This document shows positions 24,247 through 26,654 of a DNA stretch of 26,654 bases, one piece after another (positions within the stretch are counted from its first letter, which is position 1; each line of letters begins with the position of its first letter). The stretch is from Limisphaerales bacterium. GTDB taxonomy: Bacteria > Verrucomicrobiota > Verrucomicrobiia > Limisphaerales > JAJOIW01. The stretch lies in contig CBFHOE010000015.1 of the NCBI GenBank assembly GCA_965657355.1, positions 37,952 through 64,605 on the forward strand, written 5' to 3'. A program made the position numbers and the translations under genes. The notes under the pieces were generated by a model that saw only the letters and a program-made list of their open reading frames with translations, had not been told where the DNA came from and did not search any database.

Positions 24247-26654
24247 ATGAACTTTGGCAACATTTTTAGTCTCAGCAGTGTGGCGACATTGAATAAAGTG
24301 AAGTGGTCGCCTTTTATCTTTTTGATAGCGGGTATATTCTACCACTCCACCGGTTACTCGAAGCCTTCAGCAGATATTTCATTTAACGATCAAATCCGGC
24401 CCATTCTTTCTGATCATTGCATCCAGTGCCATGGGCCAGATAACAAATCCCGAGAAGCAGATTTACGATTGGACGAGAGGCAAGGATTATTCGGGAAACC
24501 AGGAGGAGAAGCAGGGGTCATCATACCAGGGCAAGCTGACGAATCTGAATTTATAGCCAGGATTTTCCACCAAGACCCCGATGAGATCATGCCGCCACCC
24601 GAGACAAAAAAACCACTCTCATTTGCTCAAAAACAACTTCTCAAAGAATGGGTCAATTCAGGTGCGAATTTCGAAGATCATTGGTCTTTTGTCGCCCCAC
24701 AAAAATCGTCAGTCCCAACTGTGGACAATGTTAAGCCTACCTTTCTTCAAAATCCTATCGATCACTTTATTGCATCCAAACTGGCATCTATCGGTTTGGC
24801 ACCTTCCATGGAAGCGGACCGTCGGACACTAATAAGAAGGATATATTTTGACCTTACTGGCCTACCTCCTTCGCCAGAAGCAATCAATAGGTTTGTCATG
24901 GACGATGGAGCTAATGCTTACGAAAGGTTGGTCGACGAGCTACTGGCTTCGGAAAGATTTGGAGAAAGAATGACCCTGGCGTGGATGGATGCAGCGCGAT
25001 ACGGGGACTCAAGTGTTTTTCACGATGACGGAGTGAGATTCATGTGGCCATGGAGAGATTGGGTTATCAAATCCTACAACAACAACAAGCCATTCGACTC
25101 ATTCACAATAGAACAGCTCGCTGGTGACTTGATTCCAGGGGCTACGGTGGACCAACAAGTTGCTTCAGGTTTTAATAGAAACCACGGCACTACGGATGAG
25201 GGAGGTGCCATAGATGAAGAATATAGAGTGGAGTACAATGTTGATAGAGTGAAAACAACCTCCAATGTCTGGCTCGGATTGAGTATGGAGTGCGGGCAGT
25301 GCCACGACCATAAATATGACCCTATTTCACAAAAGGAATACTATCAATTTTACGCCTATTTTAACAGGAGCCGCGATAGAGGTATGCAATCAAGAAATGG
25401 CAACTCCCCTCCCCTTGTTCAAATCTTTACCCCATCCCAAAAAGATCAGCTTGCATCAACTCGCAGCGAACTTGCCAAAGCTGAAAAGGAATTAAAGGAA
25501 TCGCAGCCTGGATTGGATGTCATTAAATCATGGGCATCAAATGTACTAGACGGCCCACCCAAAGAAATTCCAAACATGGGAAACTGGCATATCTTGGGCC
25601 CATTTAAGTCAAATAATATAAATCAGGGATTCAAAAAAAACTTTGGTCCTGAAAAAGAAAAAGAGATCAATTTGAGCAAAAAGTATGGAGGCCATTCTTG
25701 GAATGAGAAACCCGGTTACAAAGATAATACTCCTATTGACTTGGCATTGCCCGATAACACGGCTGTCTACCTCTACAAGAAATTGGAATCAAAATCTGAA
25801 GCCAAATGGACAGCTTCTCTGGGGAGCGATGATGCCATTAAAGTTTTTTTGAATGGCAATGAGGTTTTTAAAAAGAATACTTCTCGCGGGGTGGCAGCAG
25901 ATCAAGACAAAGCAGTTATCACACTCAAAGAAGGCACGAACCACCTGGTTTTAAAAATAGTTAATGGTGGTGGTGGGTCTGGATACTTTTTTGATTTGAG
26001 AGATTCAGAATTCACGGCCGACCTTCTAGCCATACTTCAAATCAAGCCAGAACAGTGGGAAAAAGCCCAGTCTGATAAAGTTTCTAAATATTATCTGGAA
26101 AATGTTTGGGAAAAAGGCAAGGAGCTACGAAGTCAAATTTCAAAATTAAAAAACGATGAAAAGACAATCAACGATTCGGTAGTGACTTCAATGGTCATGG
26201 GAGACCAAGAAAAACCACGAATGACGTATATACTCGAGAGGGGGCACTACGCGTCTCCGCGAAAAGACGAAGTGATCAAGCCCAATGTTCCTGCGTTTCT
26301 CCCGGCATTACCGGATGGAGCCCCCCAAAACAGGCTTGGACTTGCCCAATGGATAGTGGACGAAAAAAACCCACTGACAGCCAGAGTAACAGTAAATCGT
26401 TATTGGATGATGTTTTTTGGGGATGGCTTAGTGGAAACTGAAGGTGATTTCGGAACACGCGGAGCTCCGCCAGCGAACCAGGACCTACTCGATTGGTTAG
26501 CAGTTGAATTTGTCGATAGCGGCTGGAATATAAAACACATCATTCGATTAATGCTCACCTCCGGAGCTTACCGTCAGACATCAAAAGTTTCGGAGCAACA
26601 ATTGGCTGTTGACCCAAATAATAAATTCCAATCACGCGGCCCAAGGTTTCGACT
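24247..26654 (+). CDS. Planctomycete cytochrome c (PSCyt1) + DUF1549 + inserted jelly-roll domain + DUF1553 protein, truncated by the window edge
   Basis: Manual translation from ATG 24247 gives ISFNDQIRPILSDHCIQCHGPD...ADLRLD, MPP, HWSFVAP, NPIDHFI, RTLIRRIYFDLTGLPP, FGERM...WMDAARYGD, WRDWVI, EQLAGDL, CGQCHDHKYDP, RLGLAQW and NPLTARVTVNRYW. I saw no stop before the window end. Confidence 0.93.
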   Translation, partial: MNFGNIFSLSSVATLNKVKWSPFIFLIAGIFYHSTGYSKPSADISFNDQIRPILSDHCIQCHGPDNKSREADLRLDERQGLFGKPGGEAGVIIPGQADESEFIARIFHQDPDEIMPPPETKKPLSFAQKQLLKEWVNSGANFEDHWSFVAPQKSSVPTVDNVKPTFLQNPIDHFIASKLASIGLAPSMEADRRTLIRRIYFDLTGLPPSPEAINRFVMDDGANAYERLVDELLASERFGERMTLAWMDAARYGDSSVFHDDGVRFMWPWRDWVIKSYNNNKPFDSFTIEQLAGDLIPGATVDQQVASGFNRNHGTTDEGGAIDEEYRVEYNVDRVKTTSNVWLGLSMECGQCHDHKYDPISQKEYYQFYAYFNRSRDRGMQSRNGNSPPLVQIFTPSQKDQLASTRSELAKAEKELKESQPGLDVIKSWASNVLDGPPKEIPNMGNWHILGPFKSNNINQGFKKNFGPEKEKEINLSKKYGGHSWNEKPGYKDNTPIDLALPDNTAVYLYKKLESKSEAKWTASLGSDDAIKVFLNGNEVFKKNTSRGVAADQDKAVITLKEGTNHLVLKIVNGGGGSGYFFDLRDSEFTADLLAILQIKPEQWEKAQSDKVSKYYLENVWEKGKELRSQISKLKNDEKTINDSVVTSMVMGDQEKPRMTYILERGHYASPRKDEVIKPNVPAFLPALPDGAPQNRLGLAQWIVDEKNPLTARVTVNRYWMMFFGDGLVETEGDFGTRGAPPANQDLLDWLAVEFVDSGWNIKHIIRLMLTSGAYRQTSKVSEQQLAVDPNNKFQSRGPRFR

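Noticed and set aside
254..26458. Many short alternative-frame and antisense ORFs in the track (for example 586-981, 10354-10746, 17450-17851, 24581-24832)
   Set aside because: They lie within well-supported genes and show no recognisable motifs, so they are treated as shadow ORFs.

Overview
A gene-dense bacterial chromosome segment. The gene families suggest a PVC-superphylum organism, probably Verrucomicrobiota (inference): a DUF1549/DUF1553 cytochrome protein, a PQQ-like propeller, several Cys-type sulfatases and a BBP2-like porin. About 20 CDSs are supported. The left part is a probable sulfated-glycan/sugar block (RbsD/FucU, sodium:solute symporter, two divergent sulfatases). It is followed by PadR, a GT4 glycosyltransferase, an esterase, a SHOCT-like protein, an NHL/PAL-like propeller, two coupled CPA2 antiporters, a porin, a nucleotidyltransferase, apgM-type phosphoglycerate mutase, an SMP-30-like propeller, a large serine hydrolase, hisH and lpxA. 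The window ends in a DUF1549/DUF1553 gene that the ORF track missed because it runs off the right edge. I found no rRNA, tRNA, CRISPR array or mobile element, and no clear-cut new multi-gene system. The best leads are: an SMP-30 homologue that appears to have lost all its metal ligands; a symporter with an inserted soluble domain; a possibly heterodimeric CPA2 pair; a PAL-like secreted protein that keeps its catalytic motifs; a ~660 bp intergenic region with strand-biased CACA repeats and an IHF consensus; and an orphan long hairpin between convergent genes. All family assignments come from motif recognition by eye, not from database searches.
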